The position numbers and the translations under genes were made by a program. Shown here one piece after another: positions 36,088-50,920 of a stretch of DNA of 64,000 nucleotides. Origin of the DNA: Adineta vaga (lineage: Eukaryota; Animalia; Rotifera); contig CP075493.1 in the NCBI GenBank assembly GCA_021613535.1, positions 1,674,001-1,738,000 on the forward strand, given 5' to 3'. The stretch's first letter is position 1. Every line of letters begins with the position of its first letter. The notes beneath the pieces were generated by a model that worked only from the letters and a program-made list of their open reading frames with translations, was not told the origin of the DNA and ran no database searches.

Positions 36088-36291
36088 ATAAACAAATTTT
36101 CTTCTTCAAAAGAAGAATCTTTTCAATTGAAATTAGAATATTTATTTGCAAGAATAGAACAAAAATACATATGATCAGAGACTTTTAATTACATACAAAC
36201 AAAAGAAAAATGACCTGACAAAAAAAATCTTTTCTATTGAACTCTTGCATAAGAATACATAGCGATGAATAATCGTTCATTTTGGTTTTTT

Positions 36292-38713
36292 TTATGAAAT
36301 CGTTTGTTCAGTTGAATTCAATGGAATATTATCTGCAGATTTAACGTCATTTTCGATAAGAATTTTCAATTTTTTATTTGAAGAATTATCGAGTGTATCT
36401 GTAAGAGTTGAATGTTCAGGTGATAATGGACGTTTATTGGAAAGAGATTTAGGAGATGGAAGTGAAGATGTTGTCGAAGGATTGAAATTAAATTTGACGA
36501 TAATTGCTGTCATATTATCACAACCAGTTCCATCACCACATGTATTTGGTGCAAGACAATGCATAAATAACTTTGAAGAAAACAAAATTCATCGAAATCT
36601 AATTTCAATTAAACTTACTTCTTCACAAATTTTATTTAAACTCTTTTTCTCAAGACGAAGACGTACGAAATCAACAGCATCTTGACTTGACATGAAATTC
36701 CAAATACCATCACAAGCTATTATCATAAATTCATCTTTATCATCAAGTGTCAATGTACGAATATCAGGTAAGGCTGTTATTGCTTGTTCTTCAGCTGATA
36801 ACGATGATTTTTTCTTATAAGCATGATCACCAATTGCTCGAGATAAATTCAATCCACCTAAATAATCACAAAAATATAGAAATCATTGTATTACTATTAG
36901 ATCATAATCTAATACCTGAAACACGTCCATCTAATGTAACTTTATAACCTGCCTTTTCAATGCGACTACGTTCTGGTAGATCTTCTGGTTTATGATCTTA
37001 AAAACAAAACAAAAAAAAACTTATAATCTTTCTTTCGATAAAGAAAAATACAAACCAAAACTCATTTCAATCGCTCGACCATCTCGAGATACAACACATC
37101 GAGAATCACCTGCATTAGCAACAAATAATTGTTTATCACGTAAAAGTGTAACAACAGCTGTACAACCACTTGATGAACCTGGATCATTATCCATTTCAAG
37201 CATACCAAGATCTGTTTCATCTTCATCATCTAGAATCAAAATTTTATCATCTTTCAACCATAGTACAATAATTCAATCATTTACCAATCTCTTCATCTTC
37301 ATCATCATCGCCTCCTCCTTCTTCTTCTTCTTCTTCTTCTTCACCTTCTGCTTCTTCATCATCTTCATTCTATTTCAATGTATGTATATATTGGCATTTT
37401 AGAGAGAGACAATTCAAAGAAACAAACTTGATTTTCTTTTACGTCACCGCTAGTGGATGCTTTCTTCTTTGTGCGTTGATTCAATATAGCCATGATCGAT
37501 TTTCGCATTCTAGAAAGAAAACCAAAAAAAGACTTTTGTTAATTTATTATTCAAATTATTATGATTTACAATTTCTGAATTTGAGCTGTTTTATTTGATT
37601 CGACTGATTTCTCTTCACCATCTTCACTTTCAGCATTTTCTTCTTCTTCTTCAATATCATGATCTTCAGCTTCATCACCACTTGTCTCTTCATCAGATCT
37701 AAAATTAAACAACAAAATAGTACAAACTCGTATTGATTCAAGAACAAACCTTACCCATCAAATTCAAAATCATCCTCATCTTCATCATCTAATTCATCTG
37801 TATTATCACTAAGTAAATGGTGTATTAATGAATTTGATTGAATAAGTGTCGTTGCTGGTATTGACGAATCAGCTGAAACTGGTTTTCGTACACGTCGTGA
37901 TGTTGGTTTTGGTTCTGATGAGGAAGGTTCTGTTTCCTAAGCAAAAAAAACAAAAACAAAATACAAATACAAAAGAATCAATACACATACTGTCGTTGAT
38001 TTTTGTTCAGTTACGTTTTCATTTGAATTATTTTCTTCAGCAGCATCAGATTTCGTTGTAGAAATACCATTGACTTCCGATTCTTTTTCAACATTATGTT
38101 CTAGTGTTCGTTTTGGAATATGAGGTGAATGAAAATGTTTTTCATCTATATTGTAACGTTTACGAAGTTCATCAATAGGTACTTCCGCTTCTTTTCGTAA
38201 TAATTGTGCTTCTTCAGCATTTAATTCATCATTATGATGATTTTCTTCATTAGGATTCAAAGGTGCAACAAAGTCATGTGAATGTTCTTCTTGTTGTTCA
38301 ACATCTTCATTTTCATCATAAGCGATCTTTTGTAAAATTTTCTTCACATTTGGATCAAGTAAAACTGTATCGAATTTAAGAAAACCTTCAATTAAGGCAT
38401 CTTTCAATCGTCCATCTCGATAAGAATCAAGTTTTTTAAGAAATTCTGGCAAATATCGTGAACAATAGACAGCAATTTCTGCTCCACCATGACCATCATA
38501 AACAGCAAATAGAGATGTATTATCATCAAAATTCAGAATAGCATTATGCGCATCCTAAAATAAAATTCAAGAAAATTTTTAAGAAAATTCAATTGATCTT
38601 ACTTCTTGTGACATTCGCCATCCTTGCATAGAACTCGCAACAAATGTTAAACGATCATTTGAACCTTCGATTGTCTCTTTTTCACAGTTAGGAGATGAAA
38701 GATATGCACCCAT
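36292..38713 (-). CDS. PPM1G: Protein phosphatase 1G (PP2C-gamma), multi-exon
   Basis: MGAYLSSP...[14 protein letters not shown]...[13 protein letters not shown], long acidic insertion, SGCTAVV...[10 protein letters not shown]...MSFDHKPED...[12 protein letters not shown]...IIACDGIWN...[10 protein letters not shown]. Confidence 0.96.
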
Positions 38714-39091
38714 TATTTGAAATGAATAATTTTATTGAAAGAAAAGGATGAAGAAGAAAGACAAGATAGATATCGATAATCAATCAATTGTTTTTGTACC
38801 AATTGTTTCATATCGTTAAAGCCTTTATGTCGAATTTGAGAAAATAACGAAATAGATGACGCTAAAATCACACTCTTAAGGAAAATTCGATGTTCATCAA
38901 TAGATATAGACATTGTTAACTGAATATTATTTATCAATTTTTATAAGTTAAAATAATCATTCAAAATTAATTCTCTTCAAACATATTCGGTTTGTAAAAC
39001 AGAAAATCTATTAAATTCCGGTAAAAAAACAACATATATCTAGATTTTATAGACAAGATAAAGATCGAATTTTAAATACAAAGATAGAAGT

Positions 39092-40662
39092 TTATAAAGT
39101 TTCTTCTGATTGTTCCATATCATCATCATCATCATCATCATCTTGTTCATCATAAAATATGTCATCAAAATCGGTATTCTTATTCGATGGAAGATTGGAA
39201 TAAAGTGCCGAAGCTTCGTTTATAATTTCTCGAGTTCGTAGATCCATTGGTTGATTATGTTGTTCTAAAATAGACGTATCAATATCTAATTTCATTTTCA
39301 ATGAATTCAATCGTTTTAATATCGATGAATAATCAAAATTTCCACGACCTTCATTAAATGGATCCTAAATAGAAAAACCAATTCAAAAGAAATTTTCATC
39401 ATTTATTTCATCATTTTCATACCAGCATTGGTTGATTATCTTTATTGGTATTTTCTGTACAAACTTTCACATAATAATCATAAGAAACAAGAAATGGTTT
39501 TATCATTTGTTCACTAATAAATGAAAATGATTCATTTCAATTTTGTTTTCTCATACAAAAACTTACTGTAATTGTTTTGGACATGAATTAAGATTTTCAA
39601 GCATTTCACATACAGCTACACGTAGTGTTTCATGTTGGATAATTTCATTATAAGCTTTCGAATGTCCAGATTCACGTTCCTAATATTTCAAGCAGAAAAT
39701 TTCAAACAAACCTCGAATGAAAACTTTTCGATATACTTTTTCAAAACCTGGTTCATTATGATACGGATTTTCTGACATTAAAGATTGAATAGAGATTAAA
39801 AGAGATGATAAAGATTGAGCAGGAGTCCATGCAGGACCACTCCATGTACTGAGAAAAGAAGAATGAATTGATTTACTCATTGAATTTATATTTTAGTGTA
39901 AATTTACCCGAGAATCGAGAGACAAACTTTACCATTTCGATAAAGATTGGGATTAAAACGAACTGTACTATTTCCTGTTGTCATTAAACGACAACGTGGT
40001 GGTCGAATTGGACTAAAAGATGAAATTTTAATGTGTTGATTTTCTGTATTCTTAGTTCGACTTACTAATCAGGTGGACAACGAATAATGAAATAGAAAAA
40101 TCCACCTAAATGAAAAAGAATGGTTTTAGTTAAATAAAATTAAAAAAAAGAAGAGAGAACGAATCATTTATTACCTTCATATGGTGTTCCAGAAGGACCA
40201 ATGATAAGAGCATGAATCTGAAGCACGATAGATAGATGTATTATCTCTTTTTTTTATCAATCAACTGAAATTATTTTTTACTTTCGTAAAATTATCCGGA
40301 TCTGGCGAAATGAACATTCCCGGTGGAGGATCGTTAAACATACATGAAATATCACTATGAAAAGAGATTTAAAATTAGATTTATTTATTCTCATATTCGA
40401 AATAAATCTATTACTTTTTCAATCGTGCTATACAAATTCTGCTTGGTAATTGCATATCCCAATCAGCACAACGCAATGGATCCCAAGCATGATTCACTAT
40501 AGTCAAATAATCATCCTCATGTGCAGCAATTTGAGATGCTTTTAATTTTGTATTAACACTCTGTGTTGATGTTGTTAATGTATTTATTTTTGTTGACGAA
40601 CTTGCAGAATCTACATCGTCCGTATTATTCATTTGTAATGATAAATCAGGTACTTGTTGCAT
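39092..40662 (-). CDS. UBE2Z: Ubiquitin-conjugating enzyme E2 Z (USE1), multi-exon
   Basis: WDP..C.DW N-terminal extension, then DPPPGMF...[20 protein letters not shown]...[62 protein letters not shown]...[13 protein letters not shown]...[12 protein letters not shown]. Confidence 0.95.
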
Positions 40663-41159
40663 GAAGAAACTTTCACGTATATCGTCTGTGACACGAAATA
40701 AACACTGGCTTCACTTTTATATTACTTTTTTCTTTCTTTCTTCCTTTTTTCCCTTCTCAATGACTCATAGAATTGTTTACCAATTACCTATGCAATACAT
40801 ATACACAAACAGTCTGAAATGTATAAAAGAAAAAACAAGTATTTACTTTTGTTATATAGAGGAGAAATCCATTGATAGATAGAATTAGATATATGTATAC
40901 GTTTGTTTATTCGAGTGCAAGTAAAAAACGATCGGTCATAATGATAACAAAAGAACTTCGCATACACAAAAGAAAAAAAATTTCGAGACAAATTGAGAAG
41001 AAGATGAAGAAAATGAACATTCTTGTTTGTGTTTTGTTTTATTATGTTGGAGAAAAAAAAAACGTTCTTTGCTTTTGATTTGTTTCCTTTATTGGTAATA
41101 AACAAATAAGAATTAGCAAAAATAATAATAATAATCAATCTTGACAAATATTAGAACTG

Positions 41160-43510
41160 TTAATCATCGATTGAAGGAATTTGTGGATCTTCATCATCAT
41201 TATTAAGCATATCAAATTTATTTGATAATTGAACCTTAAAGAATAGAAAACAAATCATTGATAGAAATTATTTAAATGATTTTCTTGTACTTTAATTATT
41301 TCATCTTCAGTTGAGACCGGTCGCCGTAGTATTGCACTAAGAAAACAATGAATAATTCAAAATAAAAGATTTGTTTTCTAGAGGAAATATTTACCGTGGT
41401 TGATTTTTTGTTTGTGATTCGGTATTAAATTGATCATCGGATATTCGTCGATGATTATTATGGTCATTCGTTTCTTGATCACGATGTCGATAATTATCTG
41501 AAGATAAAATATGATCTTAGAAGAAACATATGAAGTTAGTTTTACTAACCTTGATGGGTATATTTTCCACTACGAACGGTATCTTGATCACGCCGAGATG
41601 GTGGTTTATACTGATCTCGATCACGACGACGATAATCATCATTATTGGATCGACGACTGTCATCTTCATATCGACGACCTCCTAGAAATATCTCAAGGAT
41701 AATAAATGAGCATATTTATTTTAACACATACCACTGTGTTCTCGTCTATGATGATAATCGGATCGACCTAAATTATGAAATCAATATTGAAATTAAATAA
41801 ATAGTCTTGAAAAATAAATACCATCATCACGTCGATCACGATTGTGTTGCGTATCATTGTATGACGATTGTTTAGAACGATAATTATCTCGTTCATAACC
41901 ACGATTATACGATGGTCTTCAAATGTAAGAAACATGAGTTTAATGAAATGCATTTTTATATGAAATACCTGGCTGATGATGAGATTTTTTCATTATGTTC
42001 TTCTCCTGTGTCATTTTCTACCATTTTTAATTCTTTTAGTTTTTTTTCAATTTCCATTTCTCTTGCAGTTGTATCAACTGGTTTTGCACCACCAAATATC
42101 GATGCACCTGCACCACGTGATGGAACTGGAGATTTAATCGACGATTGTTCAATAGATGAACCAGCATCAGATGTATCTGCGATTCTTGATGTTGATATTC
42201 ATCAGGATGTGTAGTTGAACTTTCATTCAATGATGGAGAATCTTCTGTATGTGATAAAGATCTATTCATTGTTGAAGACGAATTTGATGTTGGTTGAGGA
42301 TCTGGTAGTGGTTTCGTTCTTGGTTGAAGTTGAAGACGTGGACGTTCTTTGGGAGGTTCTCGATCATTATTATTATTATCTTAAATATAAAAAAGCAGAA
42401 GTGTAACGATGGACTTTTTACATATTAAAAATAATTTACCATTGGATGTATTCTCCTCGCGTGGTTCACTAAAGAAGTAAAAACAAAAGTCAATAGAATT
42501 ATGAAACTTGGTTTTAAATATATTACTTCATTTCATTTTGGCGACCAGAATAACGTGGTCTTTCCGTACGATCATTCTGTCGATTATAATCATCACTATA
42601 ACGTTGACGTGGTCCAGGTCGATCTTGACCACGATCATCTTTTGTTCTCGGATAACCAAATCCATAATCACTACTACGTTGATTATCGCGAGAATTACCC
42701 GAAAAATTTGCTAGAAAAGAAAATAGATCATATTTTTTTCTAAATACATATCAAATAAAACGACTTACAGCGTCCTTGATTGTTTCTATCTCGATTGAAT
42801 CCCATATTTGATCGATCATTATTTGTGAATTCATCTGATCCTCGTTCTACTCGTTTCCATCGTTCGCCCATGTCTGGTCGATCTTCTCCTGATCGATTCG
42901 ATCGATTCATAAAATGACTTCGATGACTATCCGATTGATGAAATTCGGGTTTATCCGATACATTTATTCGAATTTTTCGTCCATAAACTTCTTTATCTGA
43001 TCGTTTCAATGCTTCAATTAAATTCTCACGTGTATTAAATTCAACTAAACCAGTTCCACGACTACGATTACCATCTCGAATAATTCGAGCTGATTTTGGC
43101 TAAACAAAAATCAAATAAATTTCATCAAATAAGAACGATTCTTCTTACTTCTAAATCAGCAAATATACGTCGAAGAGCTTCATCATCAATTTCAAACGAT
43201 AAATTTGCTACGTATGCAATAAACGGAGGATTAGTAGGAACAGTTGAATAATCAATATCAACAGCTGATCGTGGTGCTGTTGGTAAATCACTCATATCAA
43301 CCACTAGAAAAATATCGATTCGAATAAATAATCTATCTCATATGTTTTGTTTTGTTTTAGAATAGAATAATTACCGACTGGTCTCTTTTGTGCTTCATCT
43401 TCATCAACAATTGTTGCCCAAGTACTTTCTCGTACAGTCACAACTTTTGGTTCCGATGCAAGAAAAGTTGTTAATGCAATTGTTTTGCCTTTTTTCGGTT
43501 TTTTCGACAT
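41160..43510 (-). CDS. EIF4B: Eukaryotic translation initiation factor 4B, multi-exon
   Basis: MSKKPKKGKTIALTTFL...LPTAPRSA...PTNPPFIAYVANLSF (RRM), D/R/Y/G-rich region, ERPRYSGRQ, SIFGGAKPVDTTAREMEIEKKL, and a C-terminal NKFDML..DDE. Confidence 0.9.
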
Positions 43511-43895
43511 GTTGAATAATTTTTTTCTATAATCTAGATAATCAACAAAGATTAATTATCATTGAAAAGAAAATGACATGACAATACAAATACTCTATAC
43601 TACAACTATCTATCAGACAAATGAATTGGTTCGTTGAGATTATTTACGTATGATGATTAAATTCAAATGAATTTAGGAAAATTTTCTTCATAAAAACTAA
43701 GTTTTTTCTTTTTAAAAAACCTTTATTTTATATATTGAATTAAAATGATTTGTTATCTAACACGTTTATGCACTTATGTAAATGCATTGTATTCGAGGTG
43801 TTACCAAAGAAATGAAACGAAGAATAATGAATGAATGAATGAATTGAAGTGATTTTTTTTCTTTCTCTTTTCTATTCTTCTGTTATTCTTTCTCG

Positions 43896-46800
43896 ATGAG
43901 TAACTCAATATGTTCTCATGATAATCCTAAAGTAAAACATATTGTTACTTTATTTGAAGAAGTACAAAATCGTTATGTTAACAAATTATTAAGTATTAAT
44001 GATAAACATATTATTACAAATGAAGAACGATATAAAGTAAATAAATATTTAATTAATCAATTAAAGAAACATTAGGGAGAACAGATAGTTTTGTTCCTTT
44101 GAAGTAAATGAGTAGACTGTTTTATTATTTCAATGTAATTAATATTTCAATAGGACATAAAGCGAGATGAGTAGTACTTCGACACTTGAGGTGAACTTTT
44201 CAAGTAGCACTTTTTTTTTGTTCTTGATAAGATAAGTGAGATGTCTTGTATAATCGAAATATGAAATAGAGAATATGTCGAGTTGAGAAATCGTTATTTC
44301 GATTGGATGTAGAAGTCTTATGGTTTAGTAGAAACGAAATATGACTTTCATTTTCTGAACAAATAAATGTCATATGAAAGGTTTCGTTTATATTTAATCG
44401 AATTAAATCTAAATATTTATTAGTTATTGTTGAAAGATTAATTCTATGCAAATGAATTCTTTCTTTCTTTTTTTTCTGATCATATTAATGTCTCGAAAGA
44501 AGATTAAAGATTTCCTAAGGTTTCCTTTTCTTTTCATAGCAAAAAATAGTTATCTATGAAAGTTATGTCAAAGATCTTTCTCTACAAATACGATTACTAT
44601 TACAAAGTATTGATGAACTTGAAAAAGAAGCGAATCAACGTGTTGAATTACTTGAAACTAAACTAAAAAAAGCAAATGTATCATCAAAAGTATGTTAAAG
44701 CAATCTTTTCTCATCTCTATCGATCACGCTCTCTCTCTCTCGTAGCACCATCATTCATTTACTGACTTATCCAAAACAGTTAGTGTAAGTATTATGTTAA
44801 TTAAAATATTCTTTTTTAAACATTGATTTCTTTTGAAGAATTTCGAAACCGAAAAATGGAAATTAACCCATGAAAATCTTGATTTAAAACATGATTTGAA
44901 TACATTAATTTCATTTATTAATATTGCTAAACATACAGGAAAATGGAGTAGTAATCAACTTCAATTAAAAACTCTTTCACTGGATTGTCTTGTTGGTATA
45001 AATAATGAAAAGCATCGTAGTTTAGTTCCAATACATAAAGAAATTCAATCTCGTGATGAACGTATTCAAATTTTACAAGAAGAAAATGATCATTTAAGAA
45101 AACTTCAAACAGATTTATCGAAACAAGTAATCATAGTAATAATTGATCTTTCTCTCTTAGTAACAATTTCTTGTAATTTAGTTATCAAAATTACCTTCAT
45201 TACTAGTTGATAATGTATCCAAAGAAAAGGTATGTACAATCGAAGAATCCACTTGTATTCCTATTAAGAATCATATGCTTTCAAAGAAATTCGATGATCT
45301 TCGATCAAAATTAGCGGAAGAATGTCAAAAGAGTGAAACATTTAAAATCGATGTAAGTTTTGTTTTTCTATGAAACTAAATCTTACAAAAAGATTTCATT
45401 TAGATTCATTCAAAAACGATTCAAATAAAAACTCTTCAAGAAGAATTAAATCAAAAAAAGCAACAGTATGAAGAACATATTCATGATTTATCAATGAAAT
45501 TAAAAACCATTTCGGATCGTCATCGAGAATCGACTACAATGATTAATAATGATAATAAAATAAAAAATCAACAAATCGATCAATTAACACAACAAATCGA
45601 ACAAATTAGAACTGAACGAAATGAATTACATCGACAAGTATTTCGTATTAATTACAAAAAAGATCATCATTTTCTTTTTTCCTAGTCCTGTGTCAAAGAC
45701 ACGAACATCGCTGATCTTCAAGTGAAAATTCAAGGTTTAGAACGACCAATTCTTCTTCCTAGTGAACCAACAGTTCCGAAAACGGAATATGAAAAACTCA
45801 ATAATGAATTACAAACGACAAGAAAACAAATTGAATCACTTATGAATGAAGTAAATCGATATACTTTCATTTTAATGTTTGTTTTATTCTTTTGTTAAAG
45901 ATTCAAACAACTGATGAATTGAATTGTAAACTCGAACAAGATCTTCGATTATTTAAAAAATTTCACGATGAACAATTCGAACAACAAATTAAAACAAGTG
46001 CAACAACGATTGATCAATTACAAACAGAAATTCGAACATTAAAACAAAATTGTGTAGAAAAAATCGATGAAGTAAATGATTTTCATATTTACTTGTAAAA
46101 TAACCTTGATAGACGTCGTTGATCAACTTGTTAAAGTTCAATGATGAAGCGAATATATAATAGGATTGATTTTCTTTTAGTTTTATCAACAATCCTTGGA
46201 ATTACGTACATGTCAAGAACATTTATCGTTTGAACAGAATAAAAATCGAACAACAGAACAAGAAAAACAACAATTAAGTCATTGTCTTCAAAATTCCAAT
46301 GAAAAATTAGAAAAATCTTTAAATGATATCAAACAAAATTCCATTAGAAATGATCAATATGAACAAACTATAAATGAATATCAATCACGTATGAATCTTT
46401 TCGAAAATAAATTAATTGAAACAATGAAATTAGTTGATCTTCGAAATAAAACATTATTAAATAATGAAGATCAAATAGAACAATTTCAAAATGATTTAGT
46501 AAATAAACAAAAAGATATTCTTGAAAAAGAAACTCGTATTGAACAATTAGAACAAAATTTAACAACTAAAACCAATGAATTACTTCAATTAACCGAAAAA
46601 TATCAAGAAAAAGAAAAATTATCAGAAGAAAATTCAATAAAAACATCAAATAGTATCAAAAATTTACAGCAAAAAGTAAAATATTCTTCGTTCAGTATGA
46701 ATTGCCTAATTCGAATAGGAACAGATTTTCTTTTTTGAAACTCGTCATTTATATTCGAAGTCGAATTAGACAACTAATCAGCTATGTGATATATTTGTAT

Positions 46801-49800
46801 ACATAGGTTGAACATTTATCTGCATCATTAATGGATTGTGAACATACAATTACGACACTGAATGAACAATGTCAAAAATTAAATAATGATTTTCGAATAA
46901 AACAAGAAGAATTTCATCAAATTGAAAAATCATTAAATAAACAAGTAAAAACTCTTTTCCTTACGAAAATATCAGTATAGAAAGAATTGATTTTAGTTAA
47001 ACATTAAACAAGATCAACTTGTACGTTACGATCAAAATCTACATGAAGCTGAAATTCAATATAAATATGCGCAAGAAGAATGTTTAATACAAGAAAAAGA
47101 AATTGCACGTTTAAATCTTATTCAAGAAGAACAAGAAAATAAAATGAAAATTTTACAACAAGATCTATTAAAAACACAAGAACAGGTAATATTAATCTTC
47201 TTCTTAACACTTCAATTGACAACATAATTACATTGTTAAAGTTTATTGAAGTGTAAGAATGACCGTGAATAGTTTCCGTACTTAATTTAATTGAATATAT
47301 AGATGAAAAATGTTCTCGTTATTTTATAGAAAGATTTCTTGAGTATTCAATATGAACGATGTGAAATTGATTTACAAAATATGAAACATCATCGTGAAGA
47401 TGAAATTCGTACATATAATCAAGAATTTGATAAAATTAATAATGAATTAACTTCTTTACGCATAATTGAAGTTACTCTTTTGAAAAATATCGATGAATTA
47501 AAAGAAAATCTTTTGATTATCTCCAATGAACGTGATCAAATTCATCAACAATATAATAATTATCATAATAATCTCGAAGATATTCAACAAATCTTATACG
47601 ATGAAACGGAATCAAATTCAAAATCGTCTACAAAAGCTATTCCTAACATTACAACTCGAAGATGAACAAAAACGTGCGACGAATTTCAAATATCAATGTG
47701 ACGAACTTCAAATGCAATTAACAACAGGATTATTAACAATCGATACACTCAAAGCTGAACTTAGTCAATCGCGAAGTATCAATCAAGACTATTTGAATAA
47801 AGTATGATTGTAAAAGAATGTTTATATTATTCGTTTGTCTTATTTCTAGGAAAATGAATTGAAACAGAATCTTAATCGAACGAAAAGTTTAATCGATGAA
47901 CGAAATAGATTATCCGATGAACGTCAACGTGAAATCGAAACATTGAAACATTTAATGTCACATTTAGAAATCGATTATGATAAATCGAAAAATGATTTAT
48001 CGATTAATCGTGATAGAATTCTTCATTTAGAAATTGAAAATGAAACGATTCGAAAAGATTTCATTGACAAAACAAATGAAATTATGATTTTAACTAAACA
48101 ACTTCAACAAAATCAATATGATTTTCATCTTTATGAAAAAGATCATCGATATTCTAATGAAGAATATTTTCAACATGAACAAACAAAAAAAAGCATCGAA
48201 AATGAATTCACAATTATGAATCATAATTATGAAAAACTTCAAAAAGATTATCAAAATTTAAATGAATCATTTAAGAAATGTCGATATGAATTAGAACAAA
48301 GAGAAAAATCAGATTGTCTTCATAAAGAACGAGTAAGTCGAATTCATCGAACATATTTCATCATTTCGAAATTTTCCCTTATAGTTAATTCAATCAATGG
48401 ATGGAGGAAAAATTTATAAACAAAAACTTGTTCTACTCGGAGAATGTTTTAAAACAATTATTCGTAAAGTAAATCCTATTGATTTTCAAAGATAGTTTTT
48501 CTGTAAATTCTTTCTATTTTAGGCATCAGAAACAAGTGAACAATGGGTTGATCTTATAACTCATCTCGATGAATTAATAACAGATTTAAGTAATGAAATA
48601 GATAGATTTCATTTACTCGGAGAACATTTTCAACAATCGACGAACATTTCTACACAATTACGAGTTCAATATGAAGATCTTATCAGTCAATTTTTAATGT
48701 TGAAATCAAATGTGGAAAAAATTCATTTGTATTTACGAAAATCGAAACAAAAATCTTTTCAAATCAATGAAGAAAATCTTCATTTACATATTGAAATCAA
48801 ACGTTTACGTGAGAAAATTGAAAATTATCATCGAGTTGAAAATCTAATGCATACGAAAACCAATGAACAAGAAATTGGATTAAATCAATTAAGAAAAGAT
48901 TTAAAGTAGATCGATGATAACAAACATTTTCTTTCATTCATAATCATTGTCTTTAATTTAGTTCGGAATTTCAAGGACGTTTAGAAGTTCAACGTATCAA
49001 TGAACAATTGAAACATGCAATAGATGAAATGACAATTGAACGAAATCAGTTAATAAAAACGATGAATAATGCACAGAAACAGGTAAGAGTTGACTTTTTA
49101 ATTGAGAAAAATATTTGTTTTTCTTCAGTTTGAAAAAGAGATTTCTACATATGCAAATGAAAAATGTTTATTACAAGAAACAATTGATAAATTAGAAGAA
49201 CAATTACATATTCAAAGTCAATCCTTAGAACAATCTTATCAAGACAAAGTAAATGTAAATCTTCATTACACAGTTCATCAAAAAAAATGCAAATCTTCTT
49301 TTAGATTTATGAATGTGAATCTTTACTTATTTCATTAACTGAATCGCATAAAAATTTATTAGAAGAAAAAACTCTTCAATTAGATACAGCACAATCTAAA
49401 ATCGATTCATTAAAACATGAACATTCATCAAAGGTATTGACATTCAAACGAGTAGCATCTGACAGAATATGTCAAGATTATTAAATAAGCATTTCTTAGT
49501 GACTAATTGTACTTGTAAAATATAGTCTTTAAAATGTATTTAGATGGAAAAATTCGAAGAAACAAGTCAAGAATTTCAACGACATATATTCGTCTTAGAA
49601 CAATCGATTGAAGAACATAAACATTCGATTCGAAAACTTGAAAAAGAACTAGAAGATATAACATTAAATTCTTCATCTAATAGCACAATCGTATGTTTTT
49701 ATCTTTATTTTTTTTAAGAAAATTCTTACCCTTTCATCATTTCAGTGTACAAAACATGGTACAGAAATCAGTTTTCTTCGAATGGAAAATGCATCTTTAA

Positions 49801-50487
49801 ATGAACAGATACGTTTTATACAAGAAAATAGTCATCGCTCTCAATCATTACATTTTCTTTCGAATGGCATTTCTGATATTTGGTAAAATATTTGCTTAGA
49901 AAAACAATTTCTTCTTCGCTTTGCTTCCTGCATGTATCTATTCTTATTTCAATTTAGAAACTGATTATCTTTGTGTGTAAATGTAAATTTCTTCAATTAG
50001 ATTTGTAACATGTGACTTGATTAAGAAGAAAAAAGTTCTTTGAAATCAAAATATTTTCATATTCTTTAGTATTAATGATGTAAATAACAATGAAACTTCT
50101 CAATCATGTATTGTGCCAAATGTTATGAACGAGCAGGATAATGTCAAACAAAAAGAAGCACTATGGTTTCCGTTTGTTCAACATCTTGCTTGTAATTTAA
50201 ATGATCAACTTAGTAGCCAAAAGAAATACAAAGTAACATTCAAAATTAAAGAAAAAAGAATCTAATTTTTAATTATTTTTATTCGTAGTTAATGAAAGCT
50301 TATTCAAAACAACAACAATTCTTATTGAATCAACTCGAAGCTCAAATTCAGTTTTATGAGTATGTGAATATTTGATTTCCTTCAATACGTCTGATATTGT
50401 TTATTTAGATCGATTTTTCAACAACATTGTTTACCTGCAATTGAATGTCTCCCATCTTCCTCTGAACTACACAATACTAATCATTAA
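43896..50487 (+). CDS. Large multi-exon coiled-coil protein (apparent frameshift at ~47642)
   Basis: More than 20 phase-compatible GT-AG exons from ATG 43896 to TAA 50485-50487, encoding E/Q/K/L heptad-rich sequence throughout. Head-to-head with eIF4B. Confidence 0.75.
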
Positions 50488-50920
50488 ATGTAATGAGCAA
50501 TTCTAATAGACTAGATTCTTTTTCTTTTGATCTATTCGAATAAAATTATCTTTTGTGTTCTTGTCGGTAATGATATTCGTTCATTAGTTCAATTCATCTT
50601 CACTTTCTTCTCAACCAACGAAAGTATGGATGCTATGTTGTTGTTGTTGTTTTTTTGACCGGGATTATTGAAAGTTATATTCTAAGAAGAAAACAGGATC
50701 TTCATGTAATCCATTTATCGAAAATGGATCGTTTTATTTGAAACGTGTGAATATAGACGAAGGAATTTCTATGGATTTATATATCTCAAAATTGTGTGAC
50801 ATGTTTATATTCGATTCGGTCATCAATTAGAGAGAGAGAGAGAGAAAGAGAGAACGATTGGTTTAGATAATATATAAATAGATTGAATCAATCGATCGAT
50901 TGACATATTTAACTCTCAAC

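Noticed and set aside
41511-42743. Plus-strand ORFs rich in D/H/V overlapping eIF4B
   Set aside because: Antisense shadows of the low-complexity R/D/S-rich eIF4B exons.
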